A DNA stretch of 64,000 nucleotides from Dudresnaya verticillata (taxonomy: Eukaryota). This document shows, one piece after another, positions 22,755 to 35,701 of the stretch (positions are counted from its first letter, which is position 1; the number at the start of each line of letters is the position of its first letter). Under the pieces are notes generated by a model. It ran no database searches and was not told where the DNA came from. It saw only the letters and a program-made list of their open reading frames with translations. Both the position numbers and the translations under genes were made by a program. The stretch lies in contig OZ374560.1 of assembly GCA_977862235.1 (NCBI GenBank), positions 1,674,001 through 1,738,000 on the forward strand, written 5' to 3'.

Positions 22755-25700
22755 GATTTTGGTATTCTTGGGAGCGGCGATGGTGGTGATAAGTTTTACT
22801 CCATGTTTAAGGTGAGCTCACACGAGCAACAAAGGTGATGGTGAATTCTGGGATAGCTTGTTTGTAGTTGGGTGATGGGGCGTGTAGCGAGAGAACGGGA
22901 GTTTGGGCGAAGGACGTGTCGGTGAGAGCGTTATATGCGGGCGTAGAATGGAGGCGTTGTGGTGCTGAAGTACAACGATTGCAGCTGTGTGTGACAAAAG
23001 TTTGTACAAACAAAAGTTTGTCTCTCACAGAGCATCGAAGACATTCGCCTCGTTGGCTTTCAACGCAGCCAGCCTCCCCACTCGGCCCCTTCAACCCAAC
23101 AGCACCCCTTGAAGATATACAGTCGTTGTTCCCCCTTCCCATACGATAGTACGATAGTGCGCTGGGTCGTAGGCCTTTGTTGCCGATGTCGACGCACTAA
23201 AAAGAGTCCTATAAAGTTTAATATCACCAACCTCGACTCTTGACATTACCACCGTCGACATCGGCCTCATCGGCCTTACCACTACACATTTGCCACAGCT
23301 CTCAACTCCAGCAAAAATACATCATGCTTTACCTCTGCACCGCTGATCGGAAGCTGGAGAATAGGCACCTGCAGCGTGCCCAGCTTGAAGCGAAAGATCC
23401 TTGGAATGTAACATCTTGCCGTGTAGTGAACCGAGATGAGTGAGTCCAGGACTCGCCGTTATTCTTTGGCATTCAAAAAGCTTTATAGAGGCATATCTTT
23501 ACTCCAGTCTATGCAAGGAAGACGGAAAGCACCAAGGCACTAAGATGCATGCGGGGTATTAGTTGCAATTATCGCTAGTCGCGTTGCGTATCGGAACTCA
23601 ACGAATGAGGGACTTTTAGGGAGCAAGCTTCTTGACGAGCTGGGAGGTCCCGTCATCGAGAGCATTACATTTCTCAAGCTGGTTGCGTAGGGAGCATATA
23701 GTGAGTTATGCTGGAAGAGAATTTCATTCTCAGCGCTTATTGCAATACAAACAAATACCCTTCTCAACACGATAGTTATTATTTCGTGAGGGTTTGCGTG
23801 AGTTTTGCTGCCATTCCTAAACGGGCACTCGGATTTACCACTCAACAGCGTTTGAATGGGTTGTGTTCCCTTTAGATAGGGAGAGCGACTGAATCGCGCA
23901 GATTGCATATCGATAAGGTGTGTGTGGTCATGCAGTGGCTCGCACTGGTTATCATGATAGAAATTCCAAAGGCAGGAGGCGGCTTTACGGTGGTGCCTGG
24001 CCCTAAATGCCTTGTGGCCTTTGTTTTTGTAGTTCCAATGTCGTTTAGAAATGGTCTGTGCAGAAACTGGAGATCACGCAATCCAAGCTCTCTCCGACTA
24101 ACATTCAGAGAATTGTCTCTAGAGCATCGGACACAACCGACGAGGTGCGGCAACTCGCACTCTCCGGAGCTGAGCAATCTTAAAACGAATATTGTTGCGA
24201 TAACTGTCAGGGAAATAGCAAACAAGAGTAATAAACTGCCAGGGGTTGTGCGGCAATCAGTCTCGCTGCTGTAGCGGTTATGTCGTACTATTAGAAAAAA
24301 AGAAAACGATACTTGCTTGGAGGAAGGAAGCAGGGGCAGTATGAAAAGGGCCTTGTTCGGCATTTTCTCCGCAAAGGAGAATTCTAGACCCGGTTGTGCA
24401 GTAGAATCGCTTTGTACTTTGCACAGATCCCCAAGAGATAGGACCTCTACATACTAATCATCCAGAATCGGAATGTGTGGAACTACAAGTTTCACCGCAG
24501 GCATACACTAATACCATCTCAACATTGGTGAGCCACCAAGCGATATTTGCCTGGTTCATCGCATAAGGGATGCGCAAATAAACTTTGAAGTGCTCTGATG
24601 TCGCAACACATGTTTCACTCAACGAAGCTCAAGTTTGAATGGCTTTTCCTCACTGCTGTTGTCAGGCGATTCTGAAACGAAAGAGTACGGCTTTTACTGT
24701 CTGATCCTACTGTACTACTATCTCTGAGGCTTAACAGTGTTTGATATAGAAAATTTTCAAACTAAATCTTGGCATCCATTCAGACCTTGTCCCTTGACTA
24801 TGAATCTTGAGTTGATTTATGTACAGTGGTGTCACGTCGAGGAGTGGCGAAGCCGGTTTAGCCCTGGAATGCCTGGGAGGCACTTTGGTTGGACCCTCTG
24901 GGAGCAAAAACAATAACCACAACATAACATAGCTGTTTCTATCAGTGCTGGACAACCGCGGAAACGCTCTATTATGATCATACTGCGATTATATTTTATT
25001 ATATAGGATGACATGTTCTAATGCGGTTAATCCATTTGCCGCCTGCCGCGTCGGAAGTGTATTATTTGCAAGTTTACGTTTCACGGTTCTCTATGAGATT
25101 TTCCCGGAGTTTCTCTCCTGTCATGGCACTCTCGAGCCACACAATAATGGGGTGATTGCCTACCTGCACGGAGAAAACGTTGCAACGACGATTTGTTCTC
25201 ACTGTCAAACGTAATTGTGTGCTGCTGTCACAGAATATGGGGACCGGTTCGGTGGTTTAAGAGCACACATGGATCTCGTTTGATGTCACCTTTATAGGTT
25301 TTATAGCTGCTCGACTGCTATTATTCCGCGTGTTGCACTAGAGCTGCATAAGGCTTCGGAGAGCTTCCTTAATCTGCTTTGATAAAGTTAGACTGTCGTC
25401 TAGGCCCTGATCTTTGTTAAGCCCCATTATGGGGCTACTATCATCTCGCTGAATAAAATTCATTTCTCCTTGAAAAAGGTCCACTCGTATATCTAAACAA
25501 TAGCGTACCGGTATTTTCAATCAGTCGGGGAGATGGGATAGCGTCGCAGCTATCAGAAGACTTGCAGATAAACTGTAGATATATTGCAATTTTGGAAGAG
25601 CCCCGAGCCTCCTGAGTGTATTATTTTGCAATTAATGGTGATTTCCGAAGGTAGATATCATTGTATTTCTGGTTGAAGTTCTCCGTGCGTCGATAGCACA

Positions 25701-27439
25701 CAAAACACCCTTTTTACCAAGCATGGATGCTTTCTTCGAGCGGAAATCTAGCGTTACCTCGCGCAGGGGCGGTAAAGCATTCTCTTACAATGAAAACGGC
25801 TTCCCAAACGACTAGAATAGCAGACGCTTCTGGCAATCAATAAACAGCTGCGTACTGTTGTGCTGTTCAGACCAACAACCCGCATAGATTACAGTTCAGT
25901 TCTCTTTTGGGAAGGAACGGGTCCGTAAAATGGCGGATGAGCTTTCTCTGCAGCAAATGCGAAGGTGCCAGTAAACGGGTAGCAACTATCGAGACTCTAG
26001 ATGTACTGCTTGTACCTACTTGGGATTCATATTTGCCCATTGCAGTGTCGCAAGCCATCCCCTGCCGGTGAGTTGAACTGACAGTTGCCTAACCTTTCTC
26101 GGTTTGAAAACCCCGCCTGATTTAACCCTCGACTCCGCGTCGGAATGAAAAAATATAGAACATCGCCTGCTTGGAGTACAGATTCGATATTTGAGTCTAT
26201 AGATAATTCTGGTCACAACTTCTACTTTCGAGATCAACTAAACGAGAAAGAAAACCTGTTCACTGACTGCAGATATCTACAAGCAGTCATCAAGGCCGCT
26301 TTGGGTCACAGAAGCACTTGAAAGGAAGCTAAACGCATTGCGTAAGTTTCTCTCGCAAGCCTCGCGGATATCACCATCTCTCCCCTCACCGTTCCAGAGT
26401 GTACCGAAAGAGCTTTTGTCGTGGCTATTTGCAATCTCTGACAGTCAGCAAACGGTACAGTAACATTACTGAGATAACCACATTTTCTTTCACTGCTCTC
26501 GCCGTGGATATTCTATTCTACTCTTAAATGTTCCGATACGTATTCCTTTCACATCTGTCGTGCACACTGTCGATGACATATTCTCGTATCTGGGCCGAAG
26601 ATATTCATGCTGCGAGAGTCTATTCGCGCTACGACAGTAGGGCGCTCTATTTCGCAGGTGTAACTGTCCGCTTCGTAGAACAACAGTTACACTGAAGGGA
26701 ATAAGCCGCAAAGAGGTATGAGTAATGTTGGAGCAGTCTTTTGAATGAGACTAGTTTCGAACTGCGAACAACCGCGAACAAGTTAAACAAAAGCCACCGA
26801 CCGCAGTCCATAATCAGAATCCGACAATAATGGAGCTCGAGCTCACCCCCAAATTGAAATAACTTGGACACAGTACAGCTGTGCATTACATTATGCTGCC
26901 GTGTCTCAGCAATAGGTTGTCCGCAGGGATGGATGGTGAAATTCGTAATAATTACTGGCGCTGTGGTCTGCAACCCCTCCAGGAGATGCAAGAATCGGAA
27001 GTTAGGCAGGTGTGGTACAAAATGGACCCAACGGAAACCGCATCGATACTCAGCATTGAGTCAAACGATGTCCACCGATAACTCGCCTTCTTGGATTACG
27101 AGAGCGATACTGCAAAAATTATACAATGGCGTTGGTTTGTTCTTCAACAAAGGTCTCTCTCTTTTGGGGGTTTTAGAGCGTCAAACGTGTTGCATTTGTT
27201 AAAAGATGAATTCTCTTCTGTCAGACCTCTCGCAAAGGACAGCATGTTACATTCCTGATAGAGTGAACGATCAAAGCCTTCATACGAGGTGTAGAGAACC
27301 AAAGCCGAGCTCGATATTAAAGTCCTGAATCGCTTACTGCGAGTGTCTTCTGGAATACATCGCCCTTCAATGGAAAAGCTTTTCAAAACAGCAAACGCCC
27401 GTAGCACTTGGTCGTCATTGTTTGGAACCTAAAGTTCTG

Positions 27440-28390
27440 ATGGTGGGGTGTTTGGGTTTACTGTGCACCTGCCTTCTTTTCTTGTTTGAAGTTTCTTCTG
27501 TCTCTGCACAGCGGCCCAAAAGAGCTATTCTTGGCACCTGTCTAGGGAAGGACCCACCACTCGCATCTGTAGGAGACAGCTGTGGCGTTCCATCGTATGT
27601 AGATACTGCAAAGTTTGGGACGAACGCCAATACGAATGGGTTTATGCGTCTGAAACCGACTTCGAAGGGCCTCAAAATCTCCATTTGGCTGAAGAATCTA
27701 CCTAAGCCCGACTTGGTCTTGACGGCGTGGATAATATGGAGTTTTGGTGGTGACAATCTTCCTGAAGTATTCGACGTAAGTGATGCTCTTTCCTTGAGGA
27801 TACCTAACTTCGATTCATGATGTTGAGGAAAATTAATTGGATTCTGACCTAGAAGGTTGCTCGCTTGTCTGATTTTTGTTGTGCCAACTGAGTAGGTAGC
27901 CAACACGGCATCTCCTTGCGCCGCATATGATGCCAGGTTCTCCAGTGGATTCAAAAGGGACCCAAATCAGTTTCAGGCGGCCGGCAGGACAGGCGCACGC
28001 CTAATCTCTAATCTCAACTTTAACCCAACGTACCCGAACCAAGGCGCGTTGACTAGAAAACCCTACCAGTATCAGAAAGATATCCCAGGCATTCAAAACA
28101 CACCTCTAAAACAGTTCCCCATCCCTGGAACATCTGGTTACTCACCAGTGTCGTCGGAATTCCTGCGACGTTTCGATCCTCTCACTGGATTTCAAAAGTT
28201 GGGTGCAGATCGCGTTCCGATGGTGGTTCGCAGCCCATTAAGTGCGCAGGGTGTGATTGTAATTGCTCACCTAGACCGCATGAGTCACGGTATTTCGCCA
28301 GGGTATGCTGAAACTGGGAATGGAGACCACTACCCGATCATTTATTTCTCCTTCAATAACACTGCTATCGGAAGTCCTGTCCCTACTTAA
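27440..28390 (+). CDS. Two-exon putative secreted protein (~276 aa); exons 27440-27775 and 27896-28390
   Basis: Signal-peptide-like MVGCLGLLCTCLLFLFEVSSVSA. A phase-0 120-bp intron GTAAGT...GTAG joins ...PEVFD|VANTASP... in frame with ORF 28049-28390. Confidence 0.8.
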
Positions 28391-28959
28391 CCTCCTCGTA
28401 CTTGAGCTTGTTTGAAGGGGCTCACACCTTGGAGTGTTGAAGTTCATCCTGGTCCTAATTGCCTGCACAACGTTGAGGTGAGATGTTGTGGTAAAGCTAC
28501 TACTAGAAAATGCCTTCTATTCGTCTCATTTCCTTCAGTCTTCAGTGTGTTGTCGTAATTTCAACTGCCATCGTATCAATACTAGTTTGTACTGCCCGTT
28601 AGGGCTCTGTGTACACGTCTCATAAAGCGAGCTCTCTACTTCTCAATCTGCTTTGAAGTGGGTAAAATATATTGTGGCATGTATGTCATTTCTAAATTAA
28701 ATTTCTAAACTATATGAATTTAGTGCCAGTTTCACATTTCGAATGCATGCTTAGTTACAACTTGCAACTTGCCACTTTTACCCCCAGTCCTGGGGTTTAG
28801 TTTCTCTTTGTTACGGAGTAGAAGGTTTTCTTGTTTGGAGATTTATTATTATTCTGTGTCTTGCGATTAAAGGGATGCTTGCTTGCTTGCTTATTGGGAG
28901 CCCGCAACTTTATTGTATAGGCTACTGTATACAGCACCAATATCATGAACGACTGTTAT

Positions 28960-29705
28960 CGTGACCGAGGTTCTTCATTGCTTTGCATCCTTACTATAGT
29001 TTACGATGTGCATATAGCCGTAGCCCTATGAACGAGTGTTACAGTGTAAGAGGTTCATCAGTGTGTTGCATCCTTACTGTAGTTTTAAGGATGTGCATAT
29101 AGCTGTAGCTCGGCTTTCCTGTATGGGACCTTTATCGACATGATATCGTTATTGCCTGGATATTCTCTGCTAATTCCAACTGTGACATGATATCGCCATT
29201 GCGTGGGTATTCTATGCTGATTCCAACTGTAGAAGAATTCAACGGACTAAGTCAACTGCTTTGACTTTAGTTCATAGTAGAGGTAGAATGTAATAGCTAC
29301 CTATTCGGTAGATGTGACTTGATAAAAAAAGGGCAGCCAATTTGTACGACGATCTACACAAGACTGCACGATAGTTGCACATCCTTCGACCCGCTCGACT
29401 CAGCACATCTTTCGACCTGCTCGACTCTGCACATCAGTAAACCTGACTATCATTAAGCCCGGCTTTTAAGTATGGGACCTTTATCGACATGATATCTTCA
29501 TTGCATGGATATTCTCTGCTAATGCCAACTGCGGAAAACCCCTAAACTTACCAGTCGATTACATAGAATTTGGTAAGCAGTCATGGTAATATATAGCAGC
29601 TTCCTAAACGGCAGATGAGACTCAACGAAGAGGGTAAGCATTTCGTACTCTGAAATACAACATGGCTGTGCAATAGCTGCTTGCCTTCAAACCGCTCGAC
29701 TCATA
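28960..29705. repeat. Mosaic of short degenerate local duplications
   Basis: ~57-bp pair at ~28968 and ~29051; GACATGATATC...CCAACTG three times (~29137, ~29184, ~29486); GCACATC(C/T)TTCGACC(C/T)GCTCGACTC tandem at ~29377-29435. Confidence 0.7.
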
Positions 29706-30905
29706 AGACCTGCAGTGATGATTCATGTTTGTTGTTGTTTTAGGTGGTCCTGCGCAGGCAACAAAGGCCCATTTGCAGGCGCACCGGCCCTAGGGGCCAA
29801 GGTATCAATGAAGGGCGGGCAGGTGGTTACGGGGGTGACAAGCAGAACGGGGGAGGGTGGTCCACTGAGCATAGGTCACGGATCGCAGCAATCGATAATG
29901 AGACTGAGCGGATGTCCGAGGGCTGGGGGGCGTCGTGCGAGAGCTTCGTGAGCTCGAGGGCATGGGCGCGTAGCGCCGTACGAGAGGAGGGGCAACGGGG
30001 TGGGATTGGGAAGGTGCATAAGTGCCATCTGATAGCAAGCAGGGGGTCACGGTGGTCAGGGAGTAGCAGTGCCGGGGCAAAGCGTGATGTGGTGGGGACT
30101 GGGGCTTTGCGCGGACCGGGAAATGCAGAGCGCCATTGGGCAACGCAGTCAGCATCCAGGGTGGATGGGGTCGTCGGGTTCTGGATCGCGTTGCCCAGCA
30201 TCGGGTTTCGGAGCTTCGGGAGAGCGAGTAAAGTTTGCCTAGCGTGCCATGATGCCGGGAGGTGCGTGGAGCGCGCAGTGCGACGGAGGGAAGACACGAA
30301 CTTGCTTTGTAGAATACGCTGGCGCAGAAGCGGCGGGACGATGCGGAACAGAGCTCGAAGCTTCTTGAGATGCGAGCTGGGCATGTGGGGCGTGCGTTGC
30401 GATATGAACAAGCGGAAGAACTCGGTTTCGAGGTTGTCGATGGCCCGCGTAACAGTAGGAGTATAGTTGATGAGGGCACATCCATACTCGTAGACAGGTC
30501 GCACGAAGGTTTGGTATACAAAGTTAACTGCCGTTGCTGGCATCTTGGCAGACACAAATGCCATGCTTGTCAGTGCTCGAAGAATATTCTTGGCAGACGC
30601 TATCCGTTGCAGGACAGTACGGTCACCGGGCCAGCAGGGGAAATGTCTATGCCAAGATAGCAGGCCGTCGCAGGGTTGGAGAGGGTCTGGCCCGCAAGTT
30701 GGAACTTGGTCGAGTTGGGACGACCTCGGTGTCGAGTCGGAAGGATGCGAAGCGCCTGTTGTAGAGCCTGGGGTGACTCGACGTGTAGCAAGCAATCGTC
30801 GGCAAACAACCGGCCCGGCGGGTGGTGATCAGTGTGTCCAAGTTTCTCGCAGAGTAGGTAGGCAAGCGGGTCTATGAAGAGGTTGAAAAGGATCGGGCTG
30901 AGGGG

Positions 30906-31078
30906 TGTAGACTACTCTCCAGCTTCGCACTGCACACACCCGCGGGACTCGATCCCACGACCTCCATGGCGGACCAAGCAAAAAGAAACCACTAAGCTAT
31001 TGCCGCTTCAGTGTGGCTTTGCTTGGCGTAGTGCTGTGATGCTCCCTACTTAATATCCTACTTCAGTAGGTATCTACA
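30906..31078 (-). mobile_element. 173-bp solo LTR-like element containing a tRNA-derived Pol III promoter
   Basis: TGTAGA...TCTACA inverted ends; GGGG duplicated at both flanks; removal restores QGSPLSP. A box TAGCTTAGTGG (30989-30999) and B box GGATCGAGTCC (30945-30955) on the minus strand. Confidence 0.8.
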
Positions 31079-31444
31079 GGGGAGAGCCTTGCACCACGCC
31101 CTGCCGGATGTCCGCAGTCGTGTTTGTTGCGTCCCCTGCTGTACGAACGGAGCATGTGCCAAGCGTTGTGGCAATCATAGCGACCAAATGCGGGGGTAGC
31201 CGGTCAGCACACAACTGGAGGAGCTTGTGCCGGTCAACCATTTCGTAGGCTCGCTTGAGATCCAGGACAGCTGTGTAATCGTCGCCGGACGCATTCGAAG
31301 CGAGATTGAGGGCAACGGCCATTTCGGTACGCATTATTTACTCATTATTGTTCCTTCGAGTCTTTCTCTCCGTCTTCCTCACGCCCCTGCACACACCAAT
31401 CCCTCTCCTCCTTCGTCCTGTCCTTTTCGACTCCCCTTGCCGAC

Positions 31445-32740
31445 ATGCCGGGTGGCTTGGCCCCTGCCCCCGCCCTGGTCGAGCAAAAATTCGTGAAGTT
31501 TGCTCATGCGTCAATCGACTTTATTGCTGCTACCGTAGCGGACCTTGAACCTGTCGTCGACCTCAACAACCCCACCTCCGTGTCCGCGTTTCTCTCCCAT
31601 CTCTCAACCTCTTCAACTGTAACCGCCTTACGTCCAATGTTCGCTTCCGAAACGCCATTCGGCGCCATGCTTCGCATCTTCAACCAGATATCGCTACCGT
31701 CCGAAACCGCTCCGGGTCGTTCGTACCTCAAAGCTGTTCAATCATCAAATGCTCCTGTCGCGCGCCTCCCTACTCGCTCAACTGGCAAAGAACCTCCGCT
31801 CGATCCAGCCACAACGCACATTACCGCCGAGTTGGCAGCTTCGTTACGACGTACGTCCTGCAGTCTATGTGGCTACTCCCCGCATCGCTTTGTTCGCGTT
31901 GTTTCATCTACAGCTTTCGCAAACCCAGCCCATTTTCGCAATGCCCTGCAGATTGGTGGCTTCCCTGGCCCTGTCGCTGTAATTCCTACTACGGACGCCA
32001 CGCAACTCTACGTTTGCGCCCCGGAGGTAACGATTCAGCACACCAACACCGCCTATGCTACCTTCCGGTCCTTCGCGCAGGTCCCCAGTTCTACTCCCCC
32101 CAACATCACGGTTTCATCTGTTCTGTCTGATATCGCTGCCCCGCTCCGCTCCGCTGGCGCTGTTCGTCAAGTCCTTGCTCCACTTCGAGCAGAGATACAT
32201 CGTCTTGAAGGGGCTGACTGTCGATGGGGTCCCAGACGTTTCTTTGCTGCCGCCCTGCGGAAGGCAGACAAGGATCTGTACGCCCGTCTCCATCATCTCA
32301 ATCCATCTCATTCTGAACAGCCAATCACACCGCCCGTAACCGCAACGCCATCCTCCACTGGCAAACGCCCGGCCCCAGCTCAACTGCCCACTGCCGCTGC
32401 ACCTCGTCCCATGCCCTTGAGCGCTCGACCTTCTACCCGTTACATGATTGGTGCCCGCCCTGTTTCAGGCCCTCAGAACTCCTCTCCGACAGCTCCCCTC
32501 CCCTCTTCACCTGGGACCCCCACTACACCCCCTACTGCAGCCCCCAATTCACCCCCCCTTGACGCCCCCACTGCCTCCACTGCACCCCCCACAGCCCACC
32601 CCACTATTACAGCTGCTCCACCCTCGGAATCTCCCCCCTGTCCTACTTTGCCTTGCACGTCTGGTCCTCCTGGCGTATCGGCAAACCGATTTGCCTTGCT
32701 TCCCGAACAGGATTGCGCTGATACCATTATGTCAACCTGA
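31445..32740 (+). CDS. ORF1 of the CRE-type element (431 aa, Pro-rich C-terminus)
   Basis: Intact ATG-to-TGA ORF inside the TSD-bounded element, with a CSLC motif. Confidence 0.75.
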   Translation: MPGGLAPAPALVEQKFVKFAHASIDFIAATVADLEPVVDLNNPTSVSAFLSHLSTSSTVTALRPMFASETPFGAMLRIFNQISLPSETAPGRSYLKAVQSSNAPVARLPTRSTGKEPPLDPATTHITAELAASLRRTSCSLCGYSPHRFVRVVSSTAFANPAHFRNALQIGGFPGPVAVIPTTDATQLYVCAPEVTIQHTNTAYATFRSFAQVPSSTPPNITVSSVLSDIAAPLRSAGAVRQVLAPLRAEIHRLEGADCRWGPRRFFAAALRKADKDLYARLHHLNPSHSEQPITPPVTATPSSTGKRPAPAQLPTAAAPRPMPLSARPSTRYMIGARPVSGPQNSSPTAPLPSSPGTPTTPPTAAPNSPPLDAPTASTAPPTAHPTITAAPPSESPPCPTLPCTSGPPGVSANRFALLPEQDCADTIMST

Positions 32741-35701
32741 TACGCTCTCGCCCTCTCGACTCGGAGTTTACGGTCACTCACAGCTCAGAAATCGCCCTTC
32801 CCACCGCCCTCCATCTTGACACTCCTGCACCACTCTCTTCAACGTCTCGTCCCACTGTTGGCCCTTGCCCTCCACTTCATGTTCTGATGACTACCCCTAT
32901 TCGTACTGTTGACTATGTCCCGAATGCAATGCGATCGGAATTCTGTGAACTCTTCACTACTTGCATACGCGAATTTTTACGAGCCGTTACCCCTGAACAA
33001 CAGCGCCTATCCTTCACTCGGCTACTTGCCATCCCCAAGACTGTTCGCCGTCGAATGGGGTCTGGGGAACCACGGAATCGCAACCGCCGTACATTTCAAG
33101 CTGTTTTACGTCGCCGAATACATCGTGCTTTAATTGGTGACTGGAACGCGCTCTTCCACGAAGCCTGTGACTCGCAGGACGCTGAACGCTCTTCTCTGTC
33201 CCGTCGTCGATCCTCACATTTCCGTGGATGTCGCCGCTCCATGCAGCAGGGTTCTGTTGCCAAAGCGGCGCGCTGCCTCATGTCAGATTCCGATGCCGTC
33301 ACCCCCACTCCCGAGACGCACGACGCCTTAAATCTCCTGCACCCCCGCCCATCGACGCCTGTGAGTGCCCGGGACGCTTCAACACTACCTGCCTCTGCCC
33401 CGTTCTCTGATGTTCGGTTGGCCACCTGATGGACTGCGGGCCAGTATGCTCAAGGCTCTGCTGCATGGGAATGGGGGCACCGATCCCTCTCGCGATCCTC
33501 TACAGCTATTGACACAGCTCGTGAATTGCGCCGTGAATGGCGGGCTTCCCCAATCCGTCCAACCCTGGTTCTGCTCCAGCAATCTTGTGGCATTCCCAAA
33601 AGCTGCACACCGCCCCACCGACCTCCGTCCTATTGCTGTTGGTCTCCTTCTGGCCCGACTCTTCAGTAGACTCCTTGCTCGGCGCGCATCTGATTCTCTT
33701 GGCTCTTACTTCCGCCCGTTGCAGTACGCAGTTGGCACGACCGGTGGCTGTGAAATCATTGGCCATTCCGATCGCACCTGGTTCCAGGAAGCGCCTGAAG
33801 CGAACTTGGCTTTGCTTCAGATTGACGCTTCAAATGCTTTTAACAGTCTGGAACGTCAGTGTATCCTGGATGAAGTTTCCACTCAAGCTCCTGACCTCTC
33901 CCGGTGGGTACATTTCGCCTATGGCACACCCTCTCCGCTCATATTTGGTCCCTTCACACTTCTCAGCCGTACCGGGACTCGTCAAGGGGACCCTCTCGGA
34001 ATGCTTCTCTTTTGCCTGGGCATCCACCCTCTACTCCAGCGCCTCTCTCCTTCCCCTGATATATACATGCTTGCTGCCTATGCGGATGATCTCAACATAA
34101 TCACCACTCGCTCGTCAGCACCAGGGCTTCTTTCCTCCATTCAATCAGATGGACGCACAATTGGCTTCAATGTCAACATGGCCAAGACGTGGGCGTCATG
34201 GCCTTCTCTTACCTCGCCAATCCAAGACCTACCGTGCCCTGTTCGTCCCGCTACTTCCGCAAAAGTCGTTGGGGTGCCCCTGGGATGTCTAGCGCTTGAC
34301 ATTGCATTTCGAAAGCTCGAATCTACGCATGAATTGCTTCGTGATCGATTCACTACACTATGTGATCCCCAAATATCATTTCACATTATCCGTGTTTGTT
34401 ATGGCGTTAGTAAGCTATCTTTTCTCCTTCGTACTGTGCCGCCGCACTTAACCCGCGCTGAAGTCGACGAGTTCGACCGGAGGCAGCGAGGCATGTATGA
34501 AGAGACACACCGTCCCCTGACCGACTCTGCCTGGTGCCTCGCTACGCTTCCTGTTCGTTTTGGGGGTCTTGGAATAACCTCTGCGTCTGATATTGCCCAT
34601 GCTGCTTATGCGGGCTCGCTGCTTCAAGTCCGCTCAGCGGTTCGCCTCCTCACCAACAGCATCGGACAATTTGCTTCTACTCACATCTGCCCGATCGATA
34701 GAGCCATTACAGAAGCACTGCTTCCTCTACAAAACCTTTCTCTTCTCCCCTTGCCTCTCACCCCGGAAGCTCTATTAAGGAAAGCTACTCAACGCAATGG
34801 TTCGGTTCCTGGCATTCAAATGTCCATTACGGATAGTATTATGGCTGCCCGTGCAGCTGTACTCCGCTCTCCATCGCTTTCCTCGCATTCTTCAACAGTA
34901 CAAAAATCGTACATGGCTCGTCTACTGTCCTGCAGTACGGCTGCAGCTAGTGCGCCATTTACTGCCCTCCCGAATACCTATCGCGGTACTCGCTTCACCC
35001 CGGAGGAATGGATTACCGCGTGTGATATCCGCTTGGGCAACCCGGTTTTCACCGGCACTACTCGTTGTCCCCACTGTGTACTCACGCGGGGCGTGACGCA
35101 AGCTCCTCTACTTGATCCTCTCGGGAAACATGCCATCATCTGCGCTAGGCGCGAAGGTGCTATCCGGCGTCATAACGCGTTACGCGATGTTCTAGCCAAC
35201 GAATTCCGCCAGTTGGGCCTACGCCCTATCTATGTCGAATACTCGTTTCTCGCCGAACGTCATCTACCCCCTACTTCTCGTCGCCGTATGGACGTGGTGG
35301 TTCCTATATCTGCCTTTAACCCCCGCCCTCAGGCATTTGAAGTTACGGTGGCAGCCCCGTTTGCTGCCAATTACTGCACTGCCGCCTCTCGCTTGGGTGG
35401 GGCAGCGGCGACGCTCGCTGAAAGGCCCAAAAGAGCGCATTACCAAGATCTACTCGACAGCGAGGGAATGGATTTCTATGCTGTAGGTATTGACTCCTAC
35501 GGCGCTATTGGCACTGAGGCTCGTCAGGCGTTACGTGCCATTGGCCGCTTTACGTCCGAACGGAGAGGGAGTAACCCTTCGGACGAAACGCAAGCACTCA
35601 CGAATCGCATTGTATCTCATCTTCTCCGCTTTCAGGCGCTGGCGATCAATCGCCGTCGTCTTGCCCTTCAGGTAGGTCCTTGCGTAGACGGGGCGACTTA
35701 G
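32722..35701 (+). pseudogene. ORF2 of the CRE-type element: RT, CCHC finger and restriction-like endonuclease, with a frameshifting deletion near 33420
   Basis: LRPIAVG, QYAVG, IDASNAFN, GTRQGDPLG, AYADD, LPVRFGGLG, CPHC...HAIIC, RHNALRD, RRMD...FEVTV...ERPKRAHY. Confidence 0.92.

Noticed and set aside
23500..27400. Short ORFs, including an ALHYAA ankyrin-like hexapeptide near 26883
   Set aside because: Flanked by stops with no repeat periodicity; no gene model can be supported.
27415..27954. 179-aa minus-strand ORF
   Set aside because: Antisense to the better-supported spliced gene.
30930..31006. Functional tRNA gene
   Set aside because: No good acceptor or anticodon stem, an internal T-run, and it sits in a TSD-bounded insert.
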